Origin: Octopus vulgaris | Lineage: Eukaryota | DNA length: 64,000 nt | Reading direction: 5' to 3' | NCBI GenBank assembly: GCA_951406725.2 | Contig: OX597834.1 | Span: forward strand, 18,042,001 to 18,106,000 | In this document: piece by piece, positions 53,279-64,000 of the stretch | Position numbering within the stretch: the stretch's first letter is position 1 | Layout: each line of letters opens with the position of its first letter | Notes under the pieces: model-generated | Seen by the model: the letters and a program-made list of their open reading frames with translations, nothing else | Told to the model about the DNA's origin: nothing | Databases searched by the model: none | Made by a program: the position numbers and the translations under genes

Positions 53279-53474
53279 TATCCAAAGGAAAGGCAAAGGC
53301 CGATACAGCTTGGCACCAGTGACGTTGCAACTCATTTCCACAGCTAAGTTAACTGGAGCAACGTGAAATAAAGTGCCTTGCTCAAGAACACAACACGCAG
53401 CCCGGTCCGGGAATCAAACTCACAACCTCATGATCGTAAGCTCAATGCTCTAACTACTGAGCCATGCGCCTTCA
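53279..53474 (-). mobile_element. SINE family C, 5' half
   Basis: Reverse-complement match to 10672-10865. Confidence 0.85.
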
Positions 53475-53505
53475 CCACCACTACCACCAACAATAAAAAC
53501 AACAA

Positions 53506-53553
<48 letters not shown>

Positions 53554-55258
53554 TGCCACCACCACCACCACAACGAACAATATCACCACCTGTTCCACCA
53601 CCACCATAATTATTAGCAAGGGAGCTTCTATGTAGTTGTTTGATCTACTGTTATACATAGCTAAGTCGCCTCAAATTACCTCTTGGAAAGCTTTTTGGAT
53701 AATTAGGTTTGGAAACACTATCCCTGAAAACAAGATGGGATGGTCAAAGACGGAATGTCTTTCTTCAATCATAGGCTGACTCGATCAGTGCTGACCTTGA
53801 GATAAACGACAACAACAACACCTTACCATAATTACTATCAACCTTACACCACCAACCACCCACCACCACCACCACCACCACTACAGTTACCATGTCCTTG
53901 CCTTGATTATCGTCAACATTATACCATAGCAGCATCATTATCATCATCAACATTATCGACATTATCACCGCCTTTATTGTCATTATCGTTAAATTTATCA
54001 CTGAAGTTTTAACTGTCATAGTTAGCATTCACCATCTCCCTCATTATCACCAACAGCATAATTAGTATGATAATTAAAACAACCATCATCATCATCATCA
54101 ACATCCTCATCATAGTTTTCACTGTTGCTATCACCAAGATCCTTATCACTATCATCACCATTAACCCTATAATCATCATCCTCATCACCACCATCTTCAC
54201 CAACAACAAAACTATAATTACCAATGACCACTTTCCCCTTTCACTACCCCCATTACCCACACCATCATTTTTGTTATCATTTATCTCCACTACAAACCCT
54301 TCTGACACTATTACAGTTTCAGCCATCAGACTTGTAATGGACCACCACCACCACCACCACAGCCACCTCCGCCGTCATCATCATCACCAAATAAATCCCT
54401 TCACTAATTATTTGTGTTTTGTTATCTTCACCCATTTATGTTACAATCAATATTAAAGAAATTCATTGCATTACTGTCCTGAACCAAAGCCCACTTATAG
54501 CCATTTCCCTTCACCTCGTCGTAAAATATACATGCTTTGCTTCTACCATAGGAAGCCCTTCGCTTCCTATGGAGCATAGGCCATTGATGACTTATCTCCC
54601 CTGTTCTTCACTCTGGGCTGTTTTTGAAGGGTGGCCTTCCTCTCCCAGATCCTGTTTCATTTTGAATCATCATTGAGACTTCTCTAGCTTTGCTTTGTGT
54701 ATGTTGGCCCTACACAAACCCATTTTTTACCTCTAGAAAGAAGTGATCTGTATTAAAGGTAAAGTTACATCCTTGAGTCAAGCTGACTCATAAGGGCCAG
54801 TTTCCTAGTTTTGTGGTATATAAATTCCCCCACCTGGACAAGATGCCGATCTGTTGCACAATTACTTATTTTTGCCAGCTAAGTGGACTGGAGCAATGAA
54901 GAGTTTTGCTCAAGAACACAATGCATTGCCTGGTCTAAGAATTGAAACCGCAATCTTACAATCATATTATTCCGGTCTCTATCCTTTGACCTGCCAAGTA
55001 TGGGAGGTCCTGCCAGGAGCTTGCACTCTGCTGGCATGGTTCTCAGGGTCATCGAGGCACACAAACCCCCACTCTGCAACAGGGACTGGACCTCCACCTT
55101 ATCATACACACATGCTTTTACTCTAGCAGACTGAAAAGGAGCTGTTGAGTCATCCTCTTTATGGTTGCTCAACTGGCTAGAAATAGGGGCCAAATTTCTC
55201 AAATTGTATTTTACTGCCTTCAAAAGAAAGAGCAACATTGGATGATATAACCCTAGAT

Positions 55259-55479
55259 TAATGGTTCTCAACGGGGGTCCATATGATCCTTGGGGGACCA
55301 TACAATTGGTTATACTTCTACAGTTCATTGTATTACCTGTCTACTCCTTATACAGAGTTTGACCACCTCATGTTCCTGTACCTACACCTTAGAACCATCA
55401 AGGATTCTGATGTGGCTTTTTAAACCAGACAATGTTTTGAAAAGACACCCACATAGATTGCATATCCGATTTGGACTAC

Positions 55480-55562
<83 letters not shown>

Positions 55563-55749
55563 CGCATGGCTTAGTGGTTAGGGGTATTCGGATCACAACT
55601 ATTTTGATAATTGTTTTTATACAATTCCTAATCATATCTAATTATAAAAATGTAATAGGATTTTTTAAACATTGAATGGCTACGAGGGTCCACCTGAATA
55701 AAATAGGAATCAAAGGGATCCATAGGTAAAAAGTGGTTGAGAAACACTG
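55259..55749. mobile_element. hAT MITE carrying a captured ~260-bp local fragment
   Basis: TIRs taatggttctcaac / gttgagaaacactg; TSD ccctagat/ccctaaat. Insert 55338-55598 duplicates 57642-57880. Confidence 0.82.
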
Positions 55750-56954
55750 CCCTAAATGCTTCTTCTTTTGTAATTCATTTCATAGCTAAGATGCTTTTAA
55801 AGGATATTAAATCAACCTAGAACTTGGCTGATATGTCATTTAAATAACATATCAGCCCTGAAGAGTTGAAAGAGAAAGTTGACTTTGGCAGAATTTGAGC
55901 TCAGAATGTAAAGAGCAGGAACTTAACAGAACAGGGATTTTTGCCCAGTAGTCTTATGGTTCTGTCAGCAACAACCTGAGAAAATGAGATGGTCATGGCT
56001 GGAATTCCTTTGTTTATAAATCTACTCAATAGCATTAACAACCAGACCAAATATAATTTGCAGAGCTGTGGTCAGTCAATGTTGCAATCAACATGGAAGC
56101 CACACAGAAGCTACATGGAGCCACATGGTTTCAAAGCAAGCTTGTCAGCCACACAACCATGCTCATAAATCTATGTATTGGCAGTGAAGAAAAAAAAAAA
56201 AACAATTGGTGGATGACTACCAAAGAAGACATAGGAAGAAGTGTTGATACCAGGTCTGAGGAAGCTGGGTTATCATGGATTTAACCATTTAGAATTTAAA
56301 CCAGCTACATCCAGTCAAAATATTCTCCTGTTTAATGCTACAAGCGACCAATCTGGCCTCTCACATCTACCCTACAATGTCAGTATAAACATAAATAATT
56401 ACATCATCAAAATCTAAAAGCTAAGAGATAATGCATAATTAATTCGAAACAATGTGAATAAATAAGCATTTCATTTGACAGAATAATTTGAATGCTAAAG
56501 GGTCAAGGGATGTATTGATGGACTAATTAGAGTGCTACTACAAGGTCCCAGTTTTAAGACACCTAATGTTAATTGATTAACGAAGCCATTCGAAATGTTG
56601 CGTACATGTAAGTAATGGCTTCAAATGCCGGCAGAGGGCCTGGAGTTTTTGAGAAGGGAGTGTGTGTGTCAGGGGGGGGAAGGAGAGAAGTTTATTACAT
56701 CAACATCAGTACTTGACTAGTACTTGTTTAATTAACTCTGCAAAGATGAAAGGCAAAGTTGACCTTGGTAGAATTTGAACTCAGAACAAAGACAAATGAA
56801 ATGCTGCTAAGCGTTTTGTACGGTGCCCTAATAATTCTGCTAGCTCACCACATTTGTAGATGCAAATAACAAAACATTTTTCACCTCAACTGAAAGAAAT
56901 CCATTGCATATGTGTGAGCATGCATCTCTCTCTCTCTCTGTATACTCATACTCA

Positions 56955-57155
56955 TTTACTTGTTTCAGTCATTTGACTGTGGCCATGCTGGAGCACCGCC
57001 TTTAGTCGAGCAAATCGATCCCAGGACTTATTCTTTGTGAGCCTAGTACTTATTCTATCGGTCTCTTTTGCCAAACCGCTAAGTTACGGGGACGTAAACA
57101 CACCAGCATCGGTTGTCATGCGATGTTGGGGGGAACAAACACAACACACAAACAT

Positions 57156-57188
<33 letters not shown>

Positions 57189-57352
57189 CGATGGGCTTCT
57201 TTCAGTTTCCATCTACCAAATCCACTCACAAGGCATTGGTTGGCCCGGGGCTATAGCAGAAGACACTTGCCCAAGATGCCACGCAGTGGGACTGAACCCG
57301 GAACCATGTGGTTGGTTAGCAAGCTACTTACCACACAGCCACTCCTGCGCCT
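56955..57352 (-). mobile_element. SINE family A
   Basis: Reverse-complement match to 61883-62290. Confidence 0.9.
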
Positions 57353-57634
57353 TATATATAATATATATACTATTTATTTAAAAGAGACAGGACATGTCTT
57401 TAAGTGCTACTGATAGTTTCATATGTTGAGGAATATCTCAAATTCTTTAGGCAACAAACCACATATGATAACAAACTAAGTGAATTGAATAACAGAAGAA
57501 ACACAAAAAAGCTAAGGCAGCAGCACCTAAAGACATATATTGTATCCTTTAAATAAATAATATTTATCTCTCACCAGATGGAGTACTTTTTTTGCTGAAT
57601 TTTCTATCATGGAACAGTACATTATATATATATA

Positions 57635-57786
57635 TGGTGGTTGCCTACTCCTTATGCAGAGTTTGACCACCTCATGTTCCTGTACCTACACCTTAGAACC
57701 ATCAAGGATTCCTATGTGGCTTTTTAAACCAGACAATGTTTTGAAAAGACACCCACATAGATTGCATATCCGATTTGGACCACCAA

Positions 57787-57787
<1 letters not shown>
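57635..57787 (-). mobile_element. LINE 3' end with C2H2-finger-like C-terminus (RTE-like)
   Basis: CNLCGCLFKTLSGLKSHI..., matching the CxxC...GLxSH motif seen at the end of some RTE ORFs. Confidence 0.6.
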
Positions 57788-57828
<41 letters not shown>

Positions 57829-57839
57829 GGGGAGAGAGT

Positions 57840-58162
57840 GAAGGCGCATGGCTTAGTGGTTAGGGGTATTCGGATCACAATTGTAAGGTCATGAGTTCAA
57901 TTCCGGTGAAGCGTTGTGTCCTTGAGCAAGACACTTTATTTCACGTTGCTCCAGTCCACTCATCTGGCAAAAATTAGTTGTACCTGTATTTCAAAGGGCC
58001 GGCCTTGTCACAATCTGTGTCACGCTGAATCTCCCTAAGAACTATGTTAGGGGTACACGTGTCTGTGGATTGCTCAGTCACTTGCAGGTTAATTTCACGA
58101 GCAGGCTGTTCCGTTGATCAGATCAGCTGGGACCCCCGTCGTCATAACCGACAGAGTGCTCC
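57840..58162 (+). mobile_element. tRNA-derived SINE (family C2)
   Basis: Pol III boxes; shares ttgagcaagacactttatttcacgttgctccag with family C but has a different 3' half. Confidence 0.85.
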
Positions 58163-58167
58163 TTTTA

Positions 58168-58207
<40 letters not shown>

Positions 58208-58210
<3 letters not shown>

Positions 58211-58254
58211 TCGGTGGTGTAACGGTTAGCATGGTTCAACTCCCGGCCGACGCA
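58208..58254 (+). pseudogene. tRNA-Gly-like pseudogene lacking the anticodon arm
   Basis: Acceptor stem GTGTCGG/CCGACGC-A, D arm TGGTGTAACGGTTAGCA and T loop GGTTCAACTCC resemble tRNA-Gly(TCC), with the middle ~25 nt deleted. Confidence 0.72.
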
Positions 58255-59013
58255 TCCCTTCGTTTTAAATGGCAGTGCCCCAGCATGGCCACAGCTTGTG
58301 AGCTGAAACTAGATAAAATAAAATATATATATATATATAACTGTGTATGTATGTGTGTGTGTGTGTATGTACATGTGTGAGTGTGCATGTTTGCGTGTTT
58401 GTGTGTGCGCGTGCACGTGCTGGTCTCTGTTTGTCTTGACATCAATGTTACAGTTGTATATGAGTGTCACTGTCATAAAAGCAGTGTCATTCATTTCCAG
58501 CATCCTGCAAAAGGCATGTCTAGCCATGGTGAAACATAACCTTTCTTGGAAACAGGTAAGGGTTGGTGACAGGAAGGGCATCCAGCCACAGAAAAAATCT
58601 ACCTCAATAAACTGCATCCAACCCATGCAATCATGAAAGGATGAACAATAATGTGATGAAGGTCAACTAAAAAGTAAATGATTTGGAAAAGTTAGAAAAC
58701 AAAATATTTTCTGCCATTAAATAGATTGCTAGTCTTAAAAACAATCTTTTCCACCCAAGACTCATGTTACAACACCTCTAAGCAGACTGCAATAAATTAA
58801 ATTGACGTCAGCAGAGGCAGAAAATCAATTATCACTGCTATGGGTTCTAAATAATGTAACATACACACACACACACGTGCACACACACGCACACGCGCGC
58901 GCAGATAGATGCAGACACACACACACGCATGCAGATACGCAGACACACACATATACATAAGACATATATAAATATATATATATATATGTATGTATATACA
59001 CACACATATATAT

Positions 59014-59059
<46 letters not shown>

Positions 59060-59165
59060 ATACACACACATATATATATATATATATATAAACACACAGA
59101 CATGCAGGAAATAAATAGATACCGTTAATTTTCAAAATATATGTGTATATCTATCTATCTATCCA

Positions 59166-59198
<33 letters not shown>

Positions 59199-59204
<6 letters not shown>

Positions 59205-59397
59205 TTTATAGAAGGAGCTTCTACAGGACTAGAACTGTTTCATTCAGATAAAATCTTCAGGAAGCTTCCTGAAGATTTCATCTGAATGAAACAGTTCTAG
59301 TCCTGTAGAAGCTCCTTCTATAAAATAAATTACTTTACTCTGCTATGTATTGAGTACCTTATTTACTGTGGTTAACCCCGACTCAACCCGGGACCTA
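59199..59397. mobile_element. Loop-less 132-bp palindrome element with hammerhead core
   Basis: Palindrome 59199-59330 centred on gaagcttc (1 mismatch); CTGAAGA...GAAAC-agttcta-GTC on both strands. Confidence 0.75.
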
Positions 59398-59577
59398 CAT
59401 ATATATATATATACATATATATATATACACACACAGACATGCAGGAAGTGAATAGATACCTTTAATTTTCAAAATTTCTGATCTGTCATAATATGTTTTC
59501 AGCAGTGTAGAATTTACAATGCAATTATTCTTTTTCATTCCAGGTGCCATTATATAAGACATTTGCAAAGAGCAACC

Positions 59578-59690
59578 ATGCCACGCACGAAAAATTCGAC
59601 AGAACTGTCAATTTTCAAAGAGATCGTATTGTTGTGCAATCTGAGGTTGGCTTTAGCCAGCAAAAAATTGCCGAAAATCTTCATAAAAAC
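59578..59690 (+). pseudogene. Tc1-type transposase N-terminal HTH fragment
   Basis: MPRTKNSTELS/FQRDRIVVQSEVGFSQQKIAENL, with one frameshift. Confidence 0.55.
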
Positions 59691-59936
59691 ATGTAAATAT
59701 ATGTCAAGAAATCGCCTGCAAATAATTATTAATGGATTTATCTCTATTTTCTTATTTTTCTTAAATAAATTTAAACCCCGGTTTATTTAATTACCTATTT
59801 TTGAATATTAAAACTAATATTCAAAATAAATAGTAGGTAAGAAACGAGTAAATTCATTGGATATTATTATCCCTTAATGAGGCTTATTTAACCTCTAATT
59901 GAATTTATTTATATATATATATGTGTGTGTGTGTGT

Positions 59937-60292
59937 GGAGGCGCAATGGCCCAGTGGTTAGGGCAGTGGACTCGTGGTCGGAGGATCCCGGTTTCGATTC
60001 CCAGACCGGGCGTTGTGTGTGTTTATTGAGCAAAAACACCTAAAGCTCCACAAGGCTCCGGCAGGGGGTGGTGGCGACCCCTGTTGTACTCTTTCACCCC
60101 AACTTTCTTTTACTCTTTCTTGTCCCCAACTTCCTACGCAACCGCTGAGCCTGGATGCGCATTCATCCATCCGTCGATGCTCTCGGTGTCGGGGGTTGAC
60201 TTGCTTTCTCTTCTGCGGGTCTTACGAATAGCAAAGGACCACGTTTCGGACTTCTCCCATCTTGCGAGCTCTGGGACGAAGACCGTTTGCTC
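59937..60292 (+). mobile_element. tRNA-derived SINE (possibly tRNA-Arg head)
   Basis: ggcgcaatggcccagtggttagggc..ggactcgtggtc..ggtttcgattccc; CpG-rich; runs into a (CAA/CAG)n tail. Confidence 0.7.
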
Positions 60293-60610
60293 AACAGCAG
60301 CAACAACAGCAAAGAAGGCAACAACAATAACAGCAGCATTAAAAACAACAACCAGAATGACAGCAGCAACAACAACTGCAGCAGCAGCAGTATAAGCATT
60401 AACAGCAGCAGCAGCAACAACAACAACAACAACAACAACAGCAGCAGCAGCAGCAGCAGCAGCTGTGCTGCTGCAGCATTAACAGCAGTATAAGCATTAA
60501 CAACAACAACAACAACAACAACAACAGCAGCAGCAGCAGCAGCTGTGCTGCTGCAGCATTAACAGCAGTATAAGCATTAACAACAGCAGCAAAAGCAACA
60601 GCAACAACAA
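60292..60610. repeat. (CAG/CAA)n tract with higher-order duplication
   Basis: The block gctgtgctgctgcagcattaacagcagtataagcattaac occurs twice. Confidence 0.92.
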
Positions 60611-60909
60611 GTTTGTGAATTAGAAAGAATTAATAGAAGACGACTCTATGAATGATAAACGAAGATAAACTTGTTTTCCAGTGTTTTGTATTTGCCAGTA
60701 AATCAAGAGTGTTATGTCAGCTTTAGATAATAAATCAGTTCACACAGATTTAATTGTCATAATCCCCTGATTTAGCAGTTTTATTCAGAGTCTTAAGTTT
60801 GTCTTTGTCATCGTTTCACTGCGATTGTCATCAGTTTGCAGTCTGGCAATTAGTCAAATATTGGAGACGTCTGTCAGATATTGCGCACACACACACACAC
60901 ACATATATA

Positions 60910-61297
60910 TTGGGTTGGCAACTAAGTTCCTGCTGTTTTTTTAAATTTTGGAATCTATTTTGTGTTTTTTTTAGTTAATTTTTGTTTACTTTCAGATCAT
61001 TAAAATGGAATTTCAAGTTAAGAAAAACGAGCATTTTCAGCACCTCCTTCTTTTTGCTTTTACTCACGGTTCTAAGGCCGCAAAAGCTGCTTGCAACATT
61101 TGTGATGTGTATGGAGAGGGTGCTACAGCTGAAAGAACCATTTGTAATTAGTATGCCAAGTTGAAAAATGGAAATTTTGACCTCAAAGATGCACCTTGTT
61201 CTGGGTATCCAGTTGAGTTCGATGAAGAGCAATTAAACCAACTTTTTCATGAAAATTCTCATCAAAACGACAAGAGAACTGGCAGAGAAAATGGAAT
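60910..61297 (+). pseudogene. Mariner 5' fragment (TIR plus transposase N-terminus)
   Basis: TA-ttgggttggcaactaagtt; ATG at 61005 gives MEFQVKKNEHFQHLLLFAF..KAAKAACNICDVYGEG..GNFDLKDAPCSGYPVEFDEEQL. Confidence 0.88.
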
Positions 61298-61365
61298 TTT
61301 TGCATTACAAAATCCCTAATGAGGATTTAACATCCTTGAATTGACTATATATATATATATATATA

Positions 61366-61585
61366 TAGTTAATCCAAACATGAAAACACAAAGAGAAAAC
61401 ACAACAACATGAGGATGTGGAACAAATATAGTATTATTGGATGCTCAGGAAAGAAGGAAAGAAGGAGGGTTTAATGTTTCAAGTGGAGCTCTTCGTCGGA
61501 AACATAAGAAAAGGAAAGATCCAGAGAAGGGAAGACGGAGGGAAAAAAAAATCGCCAACGGTACACACGTGGTCACATTTTGAAT
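61366..61585 (-). mobile_element. Copy of the hammerhead-bearing element at 22964-23158
   Basis: gttt-CCGACGA-agagctccactt-GAAAC-att-aaac at 61469-61503. Confidence 0.7.
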
Positions 61586-61629
61586 ATCAAATATGTTTTG
61601 TATATATTTTATATTTATCATTTTGTATA

Positions 61630-61851
61630 TGAGGGGGTGCTGAAAAGTTCCTGGTTTCAAAGGTATTGTGAAAGACCTGGCTGCAGGCCCATACTTCTGA
61701 GTTCTTTTACAAGACTTAGAAAAACTGAAGGACTGCTGCAGTAAGCGTGTGAATCTGAGAGAGGAATATGTTGAAAAAAAGAATCATAATTAACTGATCC
61801 TCCTGTATTTTTCTTTTATCCAAAGCCAGGAACTTTTCAGCATTCTCTCTT
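61630..61851 (+). mobile_element. Mariner-derived MITE
   Basis: TIRs gagggggtgctgaaaagttcctgg / ccaggaacttttcagcattctctc, TA-flanked; contains the transposase tail (..CSKRVNLREEYVE). Confidence 0.82.
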
Positions 61852-61882
61852 ATATATCATATATTATATTTATATACCTACA

Positions 61883-62290
61883 GGCGCAGGTGTGGCTGTG
61901 TGGTAAGTAGCTTGCTTACCAATCACATGGTTCCGGGTTCAGCCCCACTGCGTGGCATCTTGGGCAAGTGTCTTCTGCTATAGGCCCGGGCCGACCAATG
62001 CCTTGTGAGTGGATTTGGTAGACGGAAACTGAAAGAAGCCTGTTGTATATATGTATATATATATATATGTATGTGTGTGTATATGATTGTTAGTGTCTGT
62101 GTTTGTCCCCCTAGCATTGCTTGACAACCGATGCTGGTGTGTTTATGTCCCCGTCACTTAGCGGTTCGGCAAAAGAGACCGATAGAATAAGTACTGGGCT
62201 TACAAAGAACAAGTCCTGGGCTCGATTTGCTCGGCTAAAGGCGGTGCTCCAGCATGGCCGCAGTCAAATGACTGAAACAAGTAAAAGAAA
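61883..62290 (+). mobile_element. Full-length SINE family A
   Basis: Match to 12864-13282. Confidence 0.9.
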
Positions 62291-62845
62291 AAAATATATA
62301 TATTTCTGTGTGTTTGTGTGTGTGTTTATGTATGTATGTCTAAATATCATTTGTGGCATAATGAAAATAATGAAATTTGCCTGATATAAGAACCTAAATT
62401 ATAACAGTGTTTGTAAGTCAAAAGTAACATATTTAAAATACATTTATTTGATTCTAATTCAATAAATATTGGCAAAGAAAAAATGGAAAATAGAGATAGT
62501 AATACAATTATAATTTTTTCAGGTTGTTTACCTTGACAAGTAGGAAACATTTGTTCATTATATATATCTTATTCAATGTTTCCATTGGTTTTGTTACTGC
62601 TCATCAATAATCATTATATCTCTTATTCTTAGCTTATGTGATTTTAGTCTCTCATAGTCTGAGAAGAATGGTTCTGCAATTTCTTCCTGAACACCCTGCT
62701 CAAATAATTTGTTTTAAGTAGTCAAATGTATGTGCTCACTTCCTTCATCAAATTGACATGGCCTGAACAGGTGCACAATGTACCACACACAAGGTGTTGA
62801 AGAATATGAGATGAAGTGTTTTGCTGAAGAACAAAATGTTCTAAT

Positions 62846-63055
62846 AAATCTTAGAGAGAGTTATAAACAGTAGCTGCAACACATCACGATGTATATTTGC
62901 CATTTAAATATGGCTAACCCCTAAGGGTGGATGCTACTGTAGCTTGTAGTCCCAGGAGGACACCTCCTCCAGCTGTGTCTAAAGCCAGCTGGAGGAGGTG
63001 TCCTCCTGGGGCTACAAACTACAGTAGCATCCACCCTTAGGGGTTAACCATATTT
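62846..63055. mobile_element. Asymmetric fold-back insertion with 13-bp TSD
   Basis: ~72-bp arms 62903-62974 and ~62986-63058; aaaatgttctaat at 62833-62845 and 63056-63068. Confidence 0.7.
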
Positions 63056-64000
63056 AAAATGTTCTAATCAGTCCAGGAATTGAAACTATGACCTTGCAAT
63101 CATGAGTACAAAATCCTAACCACTAGATCATGTGTCCTCTCTTAAATATCTAGTATATATGCATACAGTATAATATTTATCATAAGATACGTGTTTTTTT
63201 AAAAAAGCGAAGTCTCAAAAAATTATCATGGGTCCTGTATGTGAAGTTGAGTGTCTAAAAACAGTTTAAGAAACTGGAGCAAAGTGAAATGAAGTGCCTT
63301 GCTCAAGGGCATATTGCACTGCCACTCTCCAGTCAGGAAATGAAACCATAGCCTGATGATCATGAAGCAAACACTAAGCCATGTTCCTTCATATTTGATA
63401 GATGTAAATATTAAACCATGTTTCATCTCTACTGATGCGGTTAAGAGTCCAAATATGCTAAGTGTCCAAATATTTCTAATTGTATCCACAAAGACTCATC
63501 TCAGATATTCTTATTTTTTATCTTTTACTTGTTTCACTCATTGGACTGAGACCATGCTGGGGCACCACCTTGAAGGGTTTTAGTGAAATATATTGATCTT
63601 AGTAATTATTCTTTAAGTCTCTTTTGCCAATCTGCTGAATTACAGGGGATGTAAACAAACCAACACCTGTAGTTAAGTGGTGGCGAAAGACAAACACAAA
63701 GATGTACACATATAAATATTTTGAGTTTCCACACAATTTCCATCTACTGAATCCACTCATAAGGCATTAGTTGGCCAAGGGCCATAGTAGGAGACACTTG
63801 CCCAAGGTACCATGCAGTGGGACTGAACCTAAAACCACATTATTGCAAAGTGAATTTATTATTCACCCAGCATCTAATACATTCTACAGAGCATGGAACA
63901 AAATGCTATCAATGTATTTGAGAGCAGACAGAAGAAACTGATGCTAATACCAATGTTCTGAAAGTCTAAGTTGCTTCTTATTATGATTTGATCTCGGACT

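Noticed and set aside
54980-55100. Possible ribozyme in an RTE-5'UTR-like fragment (also ~21545-21620 and 35990-36250)
   Set aside because: Resembles RTE 5'UTR sequence, but no HDV, twister or hammerhead fold could be completed by eye.
55382-55567. C2H2 zinc-finger gene
   Set aside because: A single degenerate finger from a LINE C-terminus, flanked by microsatellite and locally duplicated.
59937-60010. Functional tRNA gene
   Set aside because: The acceptor stem does not close and the sequence continues into a SINE body.
62986-63035. CTGGAGGA...CAAAC as a hammerhead core
   Set aside because: G5/A6/G12 cannot all be placed, and stem I would be at most 2 bp.

Overview
AT-rich eukaryotic non-coding DNA dominated by microsatellites and transposon debris. 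The repeat landscape (tRNA-headed SINEs, RTE 3'UTR repeats, TA/CA/CAT tracts) strongly resembles an octopus/cephalopod genome; this is inference, not verified. No intact host gene could be supported, and nearly all listed ORFs are microsatellite or SINE artefacts. Recognisable decayed elements are RTE, CR1 and R4/Dong-type LINE ends, mariner, Tc1/maT and piggyBac remnants, hAT and TTAA MITEs, Helitron-type elements and at least four SINE families. The most interesting signal is about a dozen short, mutually unrelated elements, mostly fold-back (inverted-repeat) and embedded in (TA)n tracts. By manual folding they carry complete or partial minimal type-I hammerhead ribozyme motifs of the Penelope-like-element type. 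Their cores co-vary at the 3-8 tertiary pair (C3-G8, U3-A8, G3-C8) or carry U4C. One element has a canonical core and a 506-bp terminally redundant unit, suggesting a retrozyme-like circular RNA. Coordinates were read by eye and may be off by a few bases.
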